Source: Eledone cirrhosa
Taxonomy: Eukaryota
NCBI GenBank assembly: GCA_964016885.1
Contig: OZ024742.1
Location: 327,298,001 to 327,362,000, forward strand
DNA: 64,000 nucleotides
Reading direction: 5' to 3'
The position numbers and the translations under genes were made by a program. The notes under the pieces were generated by a model. That model was given only the letters and a program-made list of their open reading frames with translations. It ran no database searches and had not been told where the DNA came from. This document shows positions 1 through 13,934 of the stretch, in pieces. The number at the start of each line of letters is the position of its first letter. Position 1 is the stretch's first letter.

Positions 1-290
1 CCAACTACTTTACAGTGTGGAATCGGTGCGTTTAGTTGTGTCGCCTGCACAACCACCTTTCAGGGTGGATGGGGTTCTTTTTGTTGTATCACCAACACAA
101 CCACCGTACAAAGTGGAATGGACATTTTTAGTTATGTCACCAGCACGACTACCTTAGGGGATAGACTGGGCGCTTTTTGTCGTGTCACTAGCATCATCAC
201 CTTACAGGGTTGACTGAGTTCATTTTTCTTTTGTCACCAGCATGGGAGCCACTTGTCGTGGCACCAGCACAACTACCTTACAGAGTTCCC
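1..290 (-). mobile_element. RTE-LINE/SINE 3'-tail region with ~50-bp subrepeats
   Basis: Repeated 'tgtcaccagcac..accaccttacagggtgga' units, also seen at 33370-33600, 43440-43620 and 57660-57790 next to the RTE tail motif. Confidence 0.55.
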
Positions 291-759
291 ACTGTATGTC
301 GGTATTTTTTTCCTTACTGTCAAAAGTGTCAAGCAAGATAATTCTAAATTTGTTACCTCAGCTTCCATATCCTACTTCTCCAGATGGTTCTGTCTCCTAG
401 TCCGTCGGGCCCTAACTTTAAAGTCACTAACCACGAGATTATGTTGGGTGGTACATTCCTCACCATGAAGGGGCTTTGTGTTTTCAACCTCACACAAACG
501 TGTGCACATACGCACACATAAATACATAAAAAATTCAGACACAAACGTACACACACACACATAAACACACACACACACACACACACACTCCTATATAAAC
601 ATGCACACACACGTACACACAACAAATACAGACACACATGTGGATACACAAAAAAAGCTCACTCCCATAAAATACAAAAAAACCCCAAAAACTCTCACAC
701 TCTCAAAGGAGAAATATGTACACGTACGAAATGCACTCTATCTGCACACACGTAACAGT

Positions 760-791
760 ACAAACCGAGGCGAAGTCCGGGTGACCGCTAG
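760..791 (+). mobile_element. Helitron 3' terminus
   Basis: GC hairpin ccgaggcgaagtccgg followed ~7 nt later by CTAG|T. Confidence 0.6.
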
Positions 792-802
792 TATATATAT
801 AT

Positions 803-1020
803 AATGATTTCTAGTATAGGCACAAGGCCAGCAATTTTGAGGGAGGAGAAAATCGATTAAATCGACCCCAGTACGTTACTGGTTCTTTATTTTATCGACC
901 CCGTAAGGATGAAAGGCAAAGTTAACCTCGGTGGGATTTGAACTCAGATCGTAAGGACCGTAACTCTATGCTGCAAAACATGGCTGCCGACCCTCTACCG
1001 ATACTGCCAATCCACCGCCC
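803..1020 (-). mobile_element. tRNA-derived SINE (dominant family of the window, MESC/Meta-like core)
   Basis: A box (tggcagtatcgg), B box (gagttcaaatcc) and core gcctttcatccttacggggtcgataaaataaag; flanked by ctagtatatatataat-like TSD at 788 and 1021. Confidence 0.9.
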
Positions 1021-1059
1021 CTAGTATATATATAATAACACATTTTTTACATCAACTTT

Positions 1060-1450
1060 TCCATTCCAACACATCCTCCCTTAACCCGTAGCATTCCTTC
1101 ATCATCTCCATTGTGACATTCAGCATTTCAGATTAGTTCAAACCTTCTCTGTCCAAGTTTTTCTATATCTTCCTCCACTGCAGCTTGACTTCCACAGGCA
1201 CTTCTTCACTCAGTGTTAATCATTCATACGCATCATATGTCCATACCAGTCCAGTCCAGTCTTTTCTTTTGCACACAACATCTGATTCTTTTTATACACA
1301 CAGACATTACACATTCATTTCTCTTCAGCTTCCATACATCCTCTTGATATACTACCCTTATATATTCGTCAATAAGATCATCATTGCTCCAATCTGCTTA
1401 TTAGCCCTCAGTAAATACCCTAAACCGAAAGCCAACCTGTACCTATGACT
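1060..1450 (-). pseudogene. Degenerate RTE LINE ORF2 3' fragment
   Basis: Minus-strand translation gives IRCCVQ..RLDW, similar to the RTE copies at 52200 and 63120. Confidence 0.55.
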
Positions 1451-1628
1451 CCTGCCAAATATACCGTAATCATCCTCGAAGTTCGGCAAATCAAACGAAG
1501 ACCACCTATCTCCCAAACTCTGCTTACGCAACCTGATCGCAACAGCTACGCAATGGGGAAGACAGACGTTATCAATATCTATCTAACTATCTATCTATCT
1601 ATCTATCTATCTATTATCCTCTATTGGG

Positions 1629-2153
1629 TCTTTTTTTCAAATACCACTTTGGAAGAAGAATCAGGATGGAGAGAGAGGTGCTGTACCCCAGCAAGTTTTA
1701 TGAAAGGTGGGTGAAAGTGGCGAGAATGGCCCGAGTGAATGGGCCTTCTCTCTATATCAGCCTGTAGGTTGAGGAAAAGGAGGAGGAGAGGAAAGGAGTA
1801 CAAGCTCTTCGTACTCCTGGAGATGAGGGTTGCACATTTTTTTTCGGGGGTATGTGTTACCCATATAAACTGTCTCCCTCTATTGGGGAAAATCGACTAA
1901 CTTTTTAAATTCCATTTGTGATAACATTTTACACGTTTTTATTGTATGTAAACTGCCCCCTTTGTATTTGTCCCCTTCTTTTGTGCCCCTGTGGCTAATA
2001 AAGAAATATATCTATTATCCTCTATTGGGGAAAATCGATTGTTTTTCTTTAATTTTCATCTGTGATATTGTTTTACACGTTTTTATTGAATGTAAACTTC
2101 CCCCATTGTACTTGTACCCTTTCTTTGTGCCCTTGTGGCTAATAAAGAAATAT
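1629..2153 (+). mobile_element. Two stacked 5'-truncated Tx1/L1 3' ends
   Basis: 1629-1770 is homologous to 10050-10186; two 3'UTRs each end aataaagaaata; 21-bp TSD at 1608-1628/2009-2029. Confidence 0.85.
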
Positions 2154-2185
2154 TTCTATTATCTCTCTCTCACACACACACTCTC

Positions 2186-2221
<36 letters not shown>

Positions 2222-2224
<3 letters not shown>

Positions 2225-2417
2225 CGACGAAAGTGTGGTAAGATAACGCACCAGAGTACTCGATACTTAGATACTTAGGGTAGTAGAGTGGGTAATAGGA
2301 AAAGATTCAGGACCCCGACGGCTGAGCTCTGGTCGTTTCGACAGCCAGATCCGAATATGAGTTTGGATCTAGCTGTTGAAACGGCCGGAGCTCAGCCGTC
2401 GGGGCCCTGACTATTTT

Positions 2418-2421
<4 letters not shown>
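2222..2421. mobile_element. Penelope-derived fold-back fragment (family 'ggaccccgacggctgagctc')
   Basis: Inverted arms 2296-2355/2362-2421 in (TA)n; same family at 4760-4912, 16860-16960, 22335-22510, 45108-45283 and 57995-58122. Confidence 0.7.
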
Positions 2422-2458
<37 letters not shown>

Positions 2459-2580
2459 GTATCAACTAGAAATTGATTGACATATAATTAAACATATGAA
2501 ACAATCACAGGGATAATTTGTAAAAGTGTGTAAGCACACATAGCTAGGTAGGTAACTAAATAAAGTTTAACGTATATACG

Positions 2581-2653
<73 letters not shown>

Positions 2654-2827
2654 ACACACAGACACACACACACACACACACACACACACGCGCGCACACA
2701 TATATATATATTAACATTCTTGATGAAGGGCAAATGCTTGATACGTTGACTATGTAACTCTTTCTCCAAGCGTGAAACTAATACACTTTATGTATGTTAT
2801 TGTATCCTCGTCTTCGTTCGTTTCGTG

Positions 2828-2881
<54 letters not shown>

Positions 2882-3128
2882 CAGACGTAAAATAAGAACA
2901 TTTTAAAAAAAAATAAAAAAAAAAAATTTTAACTTACTTACTTAAATTTAAGTAAGTAAGTTAAAATTTTTTTAAAAAATTTTTTAAAAAAATTTTCTTA
3001 TTTTACGTCTTTTATATTATTGTTCTGCATCCTCCTGCATTGAACCACCTAGGTACTATGACATAACCTGTGTATTTGCTGGCATTAGCGTACATCTGTG
3101 CGCTTATGTTAGTAGATATATTAAATTA

Positions 3129-3163
<35 letters not shown>

Positions 3164-3165
<2 letters not shown>

Positions 3166-3218
3166 GGCTTCCTGCTGATTTCTCCCGAATGAAACAGTTC
3201 TAGTCCTGTAGAAGCCAT
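3164..3218 (+). ncRNA. Minimal type I hammerhead ribozyme, core mutated (CUGCUGA)
   Basis: Stem I atggcttc/gaagccat, GAAA, stem III acag/ctgt, GUA cleavage triplet. Confidence 0.7.
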
Positions 3219-3295
3219 TTCTATATCAAATATTTATACTCTGCTATGTATTGAGTACCTTACTTTTTGTGGTTACCCCCGATTGAACCCTGGAT

Positions 3296-3326
<31 letters not shown>

Positions 3327-3539
3327 AGAAATCGAAAATGCAACACCGGAGACAAACCACAAACCCTCCATCTCAATTTTACTTTTGAAAAGCATAATAA
3401 CTGTGAAACCAGTAAAGGAAATACATAAATATTCTTAAAAAGACTCCAGTTGCATTTCCCATTTTTTTCCCTTATACTTTCACCCGTGCAGGACATCTTT
3501 TTTTTCTTCTTTTTTTTTTACAAAAGAAAATATCATTTT

Positions 3540-3621
<82 letters not shown>

Positions 3622-3786
3622 CATACACACATATTTTTCCTTCATCAGAAGATAGAATGAGAAATTAAAGAAGAAATAGAAAGATTGAGGAGACGGGCTG
3701 GGCAGAAAACAGTTTTTAGAGAAAACTTTATATATATATTTATATATATATGCACACACACACACACACACACATACATGCATATA

Positions 3787-4741
3787 TCATGTATCTATAA
3801 AAGGCAGATTGTTGTTGTGTGTGTGTGTGTGTGCATGTTCCATGTTTATACATTTGCACAATTTCAAACAGATTCGACTCAAAGTCTGTAAGAATGTTGT
3901 AAATGGTCTAACTTAGCTCAACGACTATTTATTTCATTCAAACTCACCCACAATTACGGAAATAATCGATAAAATTAAATACTTGACGCTTTACCCCTCT
4001 AATACAATCTGATACCCTCTCTCTCTCTACTCCCCTTAAAATTCGATAAAACTATAATCATGCTGCAACTTTCTCTTATATACGATTAAACTTACAAACT
4101 TCCTTTAGGAACGCCGATGAGTGAGAGAAGCGAGGGAGAGAGAGCGAGAACGTTTGTTTTTGAGTGTGGAACGGTCAAACATTTATTTACTTCAATGACA
4201 AAGAGAACTTATTACATTTCATACAAAACAACAATTATTCAAAAGCAACAGATAATTTATTCAACAGCAAATAAAATAGCGATAAATCTTTTTGTAAACC
4301 TCTCAACGAACGTGGAAGAAAGAAGTATCGGTTTATTTACTATACACAATAATATCCTCTATGAGGTCACTAAACCTGCTAGAAACAGCAGCTAACTCTC
4401 CCCCATATCACACCCCTCCCTACTGTCTTAAATTTAGAAAACACACATTAGACAACCATGCAGAACAACGCCATCGCAGCTCTGTTGTTCGGCTGGCATC
4501 GTCTACGTGCATGTTGCGCAAGTACTGTGAAACAATAAATTTCAACACTTCTTTGCACAGAGATAATATCCATAGGCGAAACTACAATTGTCACTGCTGG
4601 AGCAGCTCCTGCTTCGGCAGTCCAGGTCTGCAATTCATTCACCCAGTGCCTGGCAGACAAAAAAGTGCTGCCATAAAATGGGTGGTGCAACATAACTTTG
4701 GTAACTTACTGACCCCGAGCAACGCCGGGCTTTAATGCTAG
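3787..4741 (+). mobile_element. Non-autonomous Helitron
   Basis: A|TC...tctataaaaggcag + GT repeat at the 5' end; hairpin cccgagcaacgccggg + CTAG|T at the 3' end. Confidence 0.7.
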
Positions 4742-4910
4742 TATATATATAAAACAAAGTACTCGATACTTAAAGTAGTAGAATGGGTAATAGGAAAAGA
4801 GTCAGGACGTGACGGCTGAACTCCGGCCATTTCGACAGTTAGATCCGAACAGTTCGGATCTAGCTGTCGAAACGGCTGGAGCTCAGCCGTTGGGGTCCTG
4901 ACTCTTTTCC

Positions 4911-4951
<41 letters not shown>

Positions 4952-5454
4952 GGAAAAAATGAAACGAAATTTCATTTCCCACTCTTGAAACTAGTACAGC
5001 GTTCCTTTGTCAGTGTTGAACAAACGAGCAACGATGGTTGCTAGACACTACGGCTTAATACGGGATGTTTGTTTAGAAACACACCGAGCATTATAATAAA
5101 TGTTCGGTGAATCCATACGTACATATATATATGTGTGCATGTATGTATATATATATACATACTACTGTACGTCTGTATACATATATGTATGTACGTGTAC
5201 ATACTTATATATATATATATATATATATATGAAGTATTTCCGTAGAAAGGGTAAAAGAAGGGAGAGTGCTCTATGTATGCTACAGAGCTATTTAATTATG
5301 TAATAAACAACACAATACAATTATTACATTTACCAAAGGTTTCACGAAGACAGGCGAGCTCAACAGAGACGTCTGAGATCGTTCAATAGAAAGAAAAATT
5401 TTCCTTTCCTTTCTGATAATTAAATATATATATATATATATATATTGCATAAAT

Positions 5455-5614
5455 AATTGTTTCTACTTTTTGGCACAAGGCCAGCAATTATCCCAGTAAG
5501 GATGAAAGGCAAAGTTAACCACGGCGGGATTTGAACTCAGTCCGAAAAGGGAAGTAACTCTTTGCTGCAAAGCATGGCATCCGACTCTCTACCGATACTG
5601 CCAATCCACCGCCC
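5455..5614 (-). mobile_element. SINE copy with internal deletion
   Basis: Matches the 803-1020 family. Confidence 0.85.
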
Positions 5615-5926
5615 TTGCATAAATGATAGATGATATATTGGCTCAATGTTTATGGCTAGAATGACAGGAAATATTGAAAAAAGTAATGCACAATATATAT
5701 ACAGAAACTAAGATATGTAGCTGTGTATAAATCCAAACTGATGCACGTAGCTATGTATAAACAGAAACTAAGTTACAACCTGCCGTTTGTCTTTTGTTTA
5801 TGTTATTTCCGACATGTTGACAAAATAGGAATTAACTCTCTTCCTGTGTTCACCTTTGTTTTCGTTTAATTTTTTTCAAATTCACTAAATACACTAAATG
5901 CAGTTACTAACATTTTCTTTGCTGAT

Positions 5927-6422
5927 CAAATGTTCTCAAAGTGGGCGCTACCGCCCCCCAAGGAGCTGTGAGAAGGTCCAGGAGGTGCTGGGGCCTAAGG
6001 GGGCGGTAGAAATGATATAATAGCATTTTAAATACAAAATGTTTCTAATTATATATATAGTAATTGGCTGGATTGGCAGTATCGATAGAGAGTCGGACAC
6101 CATGTTTTGCAGCATAGTTACGACCCTTTATGATCTGAGTTCAAATCACGCCGAGGTTAACTTTGCCTTACGGGGTCGACAAAATAAAGTACGAGTTATG
6201 TACTGGTTTAATTGCTGGCCTTGTGCCAAAAGTAGAAACAAGCATATAGTAAAATAAAAGTATATATTATATTATTTATTATAAATAATTTAACGATTTT
6301 ATTTATTATATATTCTTTACAATTTGCGTGTAGGCAGGTCTCTCTGGAAATAGGGGTGGTGTCGCTGAGTTTATTACGCGGCAGTAAGAGGAGCGGTGGC
6401 CCCAAAAGTTTGAGAACCTCTG
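5927..6422. mobile_element. hAT/Charlie-like MITE with nested SINE (6066-6240)
   Basis: TIRs caaatgttctcaaa / tttgagaacctctg; second copy starts at 29702. Confidence 0.75.
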
Positions 6423-6967
6423 CCTTAGATGATGTATGCAAAGACAAACCAACTAACTGTTAGACATTTTTTATAAGAATAGATAAAAGATTATATTTGA
6501 CATGTCTACTACAACTGGTCTCTCCTATGGCAAAACAGAAATGATATATCAGATAAGTCAAGGAATTGTGAGTAAGAGTGAAATACAACTGTGTTGGCTT
6601 TGGGTTAGACAATTGCAGTGTAAACAGGGGAAGACATAATTTAGTTATGTTTAGAATTCACAATGTAAATACTACTTGTTTTTTCATGGAATATCTTTGT
6701 CATCTTGTACATAATATTCCCCGTGTTTCAGCCAAATTTAAACATACATGTATTGCGTGTACGTGTGCATGTATGTGTGTGTATGTACACGTGTACACAT
6801 GTGCGTGCGTATATGTGCAGAGGATGTTTGTCTTAAAATGTTCAAATTATAAAAAAAAAAAATTGGAAATATTTTCAAGAAGTTGCATAAATAACACAAA
6901 TGAAGATATAATAAAAAAAAATTTTTAAACTGTTTCATTGTAAAATAAACACTCCAGATATTTTAGC

Positions 6968-7130
6968 ATGATCGGAACGTCTGCAGTCCGTCTGAGGAAG
7001 GAACCATGCGAGGTGGGGTGGCTGTTGCAGCGGGTGTCGCTGGCCATTGTCCACAGGAATGCTTTTGCGGTCTTGTCGGCGGGACACAGCCCCATTACCG
7101 CCGCGTCCAAGACCCATCACAATTACCCCT
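6968..7130 (+). pseudogene. C-terminal fragment of a CRE-like (RLE-type) non-LTR retrotransposon
   Basis: WLLQRVSLAIVHRNA resembles the QRxSxAxQRGNA motif; related decayed copy at ~32140-32270. Confidence 0.6.
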
Positions 7131-7837
7131 CCCCACTCTTCTTTGACACTAGTCTTTCCATTAAAAAAAATATTTTCTTATTTTACATTCTATTCTTTTT
7201 TCTCAATCTATTTTTTCTTTTTCTACTAAATTGTTTTAAAAAATTTTAACACCATATTTACGTAGAATTTGAAGTTGGTAAAAATCGTCCGGCATATAAA
7301 CGAGTTTATACGGTACTACAGTTTCAAATAAATGTAAGCTTTTCAAAGCTATTTACGCGTTTTTCATAAATGCTGTAACACAAACGTTTAAAACACTATC
7401 CAAGAGTAAGCTCCTAAGGATTGCATCCTTTATTTATTTCACAGATTCTGTGTCACCAGAGATACAGTAATATTTTTTAATTGTTTTAATCAGCATGTGA
7501 AGTTAAAAAGTTTCACAATGAATTTCTAGACAATTAAATACTGCCAGATAACATATTTCTCCACAATGTTTGGTGTGAAGTTTGAATTTCAGCATCAAGT
7601 ATGAATCATTGCGGACCTACCAACCTCTAAAAAACAAAACGGGGAGTACCATGAAAAAAAAGTGCCCCAAAATGAGGAGAAATTAGGCAAAATGGTGAGA
7701 TTTTACATAATGAAAGCTATATCCATTTTCACAAAAACGGGGAGATCTCCGCGTCGGACGGTGAGAGTTAACAGGTCTGTGATTATGATGCGATGTATCA
7801 CAGAATTGATGTTTTATGGAATTATTTACAACCTTTC

Positions 7838-8015
7838 GGTGGATTGGTAGAGGGTCGGACGCCATGCTTTCCAGCATAGTTAAGTCCCTTTACGATCTGA
7901 GTTCAAATCCCGCCGAGGTTGACTTTGCCTTTCATCCTTACGAGGTCGATAAAATAAAAGTACCAGTAATGCATTGGGTAATTGCTGGCCTCATGCCTAA
8001 AGTAGAAACAATTAT
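7838..8015 (+). mobile_element. SINE copy
   Basis: Family match; TSD attatttacaaccttt on both sides. Confidence 0.9.
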
Positions 8016-8824
8016 TTACAACCTTTGTCACTGAACGATATCAGGAAAACATTTAACTATCTGTCTAGAACCATAAAAGTTTTACATGCTTGTAATTCTT
8101 CACACTAATGCTACCGAAGAAATCTTGGAAAAAATAGAATGAAAGTGTATATTATACGCAAACTCAGGAATACGATTTCTACGCATTTAATTTCCATTGA
8201 GCTTATTATGGGACAACGAAACCGAAATTATTTTATTTCGATTTATACCTGTTTTATTATCTAAACTTACTAAATAAAAAAAAAGCTAAAAAGCTATGAG
8301 AAATCTATTGTAATTTATGTTAATATTTTTCCAGCATTTTCCCAACATTTTCATTCGAGGTAGTTTGGGATAGAGAAAAGCACGTTCGCCACATTAGTAG
8401 ATAAACTTAACAAAGAAAGGACGAGACAACGAACAGAAACAACAACATAAAAAAACCAAAAACAATTTTTTAAAGAGGAAACCTTAAAAAATTATTTATT
8501 TATATGTGTGCGTGTGTATATATATATATATCGTTTTTGTATTTGTTTTGAAATTTTTTTTTCTGAAAACATGTGTTGAAACTTATTGAAAGTATTGCTA
8601 TACTTTGGGTCATGTTATCAATAAAAAAACAGACGCACCTGTTACGTTTTACTTTATTTTATTATAAACTACTAGTGGGTTAGTTTAATAACCGGATGGT
8701 TGTTTAGTTGTTGATAGTCAACAAAGCCCTTTCGTCACATATTCTGTGACTTCCTCGTTGACTACTTTTGTTGTTATTTTGTCTCTTTCCTATGTTCTAT
8801 CTTACACAATCTTGTGTGTAAGTA

Positions 8825-10186
8825 ATGGTGTCGACGGCCTCCGAAATCGAGGCGGTCGGCACCTTACTGGAGGAGTACGAAAAGTTCACAGGGGCTAAGC
8901 TGAACCGGGACAAGTCGATCGGTTTGCAACTCGGCACGTGGAGGGGCAGACCGATGCCCTCCGATAGCGTCGTCGGACGCTGGACGGAGGGCCCGGTGAA
9001 GTTGCTCGGGGTCTGGTTCGGACCGGACCTCCAGGTGGAGAAAAACTGGGCGGAGGTTACGAACAGGGTGTTTGCACTGACCCAGAAGTGGGCCAGTTGC
9101 AAACTATCCCTGAAAGGTCGGGCGGAGGTGGCGAACACCTACATAGCGTCCGTCATCTACTACCGCCTGACCGTAGTGCCCTGCCCAAGGGAAACCCTCA
9201 CCAAGATGGAGCGCGCGCTCTTCCAATTCCTTTGGAAGAGGCGGGCTCCTATGGTGAGGAGATCCATCTGCTGTCAACACCCTTCGAAAGGAGGGCTGGG
9301 GATGCCGTGGCTAATGATGCGTAAACACGCATTAAGGCTACGGCACCTCTACGTATTCCTCACCGGACAACCGGTGTGGGCCTCGTTTGTGAGACGAACC
9401 TTTCCCAGACTCGTCTCACTCACCGAGCTGCAATCCTGGGTCAAGCAAAGACCGAGAAAACTGGGCGCCTGGCACACTGAGTGTGCCCAGGCGCTCACCG
9501 CCCTCTGGCAGGCGGATCCGGTTATCAGTGGAGACTCCACCGCAACATTCTATAGAGGGCTGGTACGCAGCAGGTGCGACGACGCCCTCGGAGAAGCCCT
9601 AGACATGGAGGAGGACGAACTGGCCAGCCTGTTCGGTAGGACATTCAGCCCGGGACCTATGGACAACTTCCAGAAGTCCCTGGCCTGGCAGTGCTACCGA
9701 GGGGCTTTACCCGTTCGAGAAAGGCTCTACAGACACGGGCGCCCGGGTAGGGACCCCGCCAAAAAGATCTGTCCCAGATGCGTGTGCGACGAGGAAACCG
9801 TTGCACACGCATTAGTACACTGCTCGGGCGTAGCCGATCTGTGGGGCTATGTCGAACAACTGCTGTCAAGGGTGGGACCGATCCGGTTGACCACCGAGTC
9901 TATTGTAATGATCAAGCCGCCTCCCCCCTTCAAAGATGAAGCAGAGGCGGTGTTTCTGTGCGTAATAGCCATGGCGAAAGAGGTTGTATGGTGGACGCGT
10001 CTGAAAGGACTGAGGTCGGGCACCTTTCTCTCTGGCCAACAACTGGTCCGTTTCTTCCGATATCATTTCGGAAGAAGGATCAGGATGGAGAGAGAGGTGC
10101 TGCACCCCAGCCGTTTCTATGAAAGATGGGTGAAAGTGGCGAGAATGGCCCGTGTGAATGGGCCTTCACTCTACATCAGACTATAG
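8825..10186 (+). CDS. Tx1/L1-clade LINE ORF2, 5'-truncated (RT thumb + zf-RVT/CCHC)
   Basis: Open 453-aa frame with KFTGAKLNRDKS, VKLLGVWF, LSLKGR, GGLGMP and CPRC..EETVAHALVHC; element spans 8816-10450 with 18-bp TSD tatcttacacaatcttgt (8798-8815/10451-10468). Confidence 0.92.
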   Translation: MVSTASEIEAVGTLLEEYEKFTGAKLNRDKSIGLQLGTWRGRPMPSDSVVGRWTEGPVKLLGVWFGPDLQVEKNWAEVTNRVFALTQKWASCKLSLKGRAEVANTYIASVIYYRLTVVPCPRETLTKMERALFQFLWKRRAPMVRRSICCQHPSKGGLGMPWLMMRKHALRLRHLYVFLTGQPVWASFVRRTFPRLVSLTELQSWVKQRPRKLGAWHTECAQALTALWQADPVISGDSTATFYRGLVRSRCDDALGEALDMEEDELASLFGRTFSPGPMDNFQKSLAWQCYRGALPVRERLYRHGRPGRDPAKKICPRCVCDEETVAHALVHCSGVADLWGYVEQLLSRVGPIRLTTESIVMIKPPPPFKDEAEAVFLCVIAMAKEVVWWTRLKGLRSGTFLSGQQLVRFFRYHFGRRIRMEREVLHPSRFYERWVKVARMARVNGPSLYIRL

Positions 10187-10907
10187 GTGAGGAAGATGAA
10201 AGACCAAGGGAGCACCCCTTCTCTGTGCTCCTGAGGAGAAGGGTTGCACACTTTTTTCGGGGGTGTGTGCGAACCCCCAAGGCGCCTCCTCTCTATTGAG
10301 GATTTTGTTAAAAATTTTATTTTTTGTTATATCTTATTTTATTTTTATATTTTGTTATTGCCTTCTCCTTATTGAGGACGCCTTTTTGTGTAAACTCCCC
10401 CCTTTGTACTTGTCCCACTTTTGATGCCCTAGTGGCAAATAAAAGAAATATATCTTACACAATCTTGTTTTTGTGACCTGGGTACATGGGCTGCGCTTGC
10501 ATTATATCCGTGTGTGTGTGTTTAATGTATTTATTTGTTTATTTATACATTTATTCATTTATTTCTTTTCTTTCTTTCCTATCTATCATTAGTTGGCTAC
10601 TCGTTGTACCTGTGTGTGTCTAGTAATAAATTAAAGTGAAACCCAACAGGTGCGCGTGTTTTTATTGGTAGCGTGACCCTCCCAAAATATAACGATTTAT
10701 ATATATATATGCAAAAAGTAAACAGAAACAAAAAAGGCAAAAAGCACAGTACAATGAAGAAATTTATTAAATAATTTAATATTAGGAAAAGAGTATTTAT
10801 GTTTCAAGGACACTACTCCTTCATCACACACACACACACACACATATATAATTCAAGATACATGTATATATAGAGAAAGAAAGAACCACATATGATATAT
10901 GGTACTT

Positions 10908-10943
<36 letters not shown>

Positions 10944-11236
10944 CATATATCTTTTACATTTGAACAAATATGGCTCTGAGCAAAGTCTATTGAGCTTGGT
11001 TATTGAGAAGCGTAAAAATCAAACATATTGGATATATTTTGATTCCACACATTTGTATATATATATATATATATATATACAAGCAAATTATAAACGTAAA
11101 CATGTAAGTATGTTTTTGAAACGGTGCGCGAGTTTGAAATTAGAAATTATAAGCTTTCACCGTATTTTAGACTAAAGAAATTTCTAGCCTGATAGTGGGG
11201 TTTATAACCCTCGGAGAAATGGAAAAAGATGAGTGT

Positions 11237-11307
11237 TGCCGTACATGGGAGTCGAACCCACATCTTTGGTTATCCAGACCACTGTGCTACCATTACACCA
11301 ATACACA
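11237..11307 (-). pseudogene. tRNA-like pseudogene or SINE head
   Basis: D arm gtgt/gcac, anticodon loop CTGGATA, T arm gtggg-TTCGACT-cccat, mismatched acceptor stem, T5 run downstream. Confidence 0.6.
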
Positions 11308-11324
11308 TCCCATTACTTCCATTC

Positions 11325-12953
<1,629 letters not shown>

Positions 12954-13134
12954 GATGTGTTAGGCATGTAGTTGGTCCACATTCCCTCTCTTGAATTGTT
13001 GTGTAACAGTAATCTACGTGGGGATGGAGAGGACAATACAGGTACTTATCTACAGATAGTTTCATCACTAAAATACTTGGATGAATGAAAAAAAAAACAA
13101 ATTAAAAGTAAAGGAAAGAAAAACTCACAGCTAA

Positions 13135-13843
13135 ATATTATGATGGTTATTATGATGATAGTGGTGTTGATGATGATGATGATAATGATGAGTGGTGATG
13201 GTAGTGGTGATGATGAGGATGTTGATGGTATCAATGGTAAGATAATGATGATGATAGAGGTGGTGGGGTTAATGATGTTGCTGATGATACAATGATGGTG
13301 TCTGGAATTAATGATGATATAATATCATGATTTCTACTCTAGACACAAGGCCAGCAATGTTTTGGGGGAGTCGGTTAAATCGACGCCAGTACATTACTGG
13401 TACTTTATTTGATCCACTCCGTAAGGATGAAAGTCAAAGTTAACCTCGGCGGGATTTGAACTCACTACGTAAAGAGCCATAACTTTATGTTGTAAAGCAT
13501 AATGATAATGCTTATGATAGTGATGATGATAGTGGGAATGATGGTAATGATGATAATGGTGATGCTGGTGTAGGTTGTTGTGTCGATGATGGTGGTGGTT
13601 GTTATTATTAATGGTGGTGGTGATGACGATGTTGATAGTGGTGTTGGTGATAGTATGATGATGAAAGTTATGATGTTATGATGATGATGATAGTGGTAGC
13701 AGTTGTGACAATGATGGTGATGATGGGGATGATAATAATGAAGATGCTAATGATGATGATGATAGTGGAGATGCTTTAATGATGATGAAGATGGTGGTAG
13801 TAGTTGTGACATAATGATGATGGTAGTGGGGATGATAATGATA

Positions 13844-13882
<39 letters not shown>

Positions 13883-13925
13883 CAAAGGATGATTATGGTA
13901 ATGGTGATGGTGGTGGTGATAATGA
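13135..13925. repeat. Degenerate (GAT/GGT)n tract with SINE at 13328-13500
   Basis: Direct reading. Confidence 0.9.
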
Positions 13926-13934
13926 TATAATATT

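Noticed and set aside
253-649. Short ORFs upstream of the Helitron end
   Set aside because: No recognisable motifs; they overlap repeat sequence
2716-2790. Hammerhead-like ttgatga..gata motif (other partial motifs at 3641, 4986, 5335, 10800)
   Set aside because: Core or stems are incomplete, so none can be supported individually
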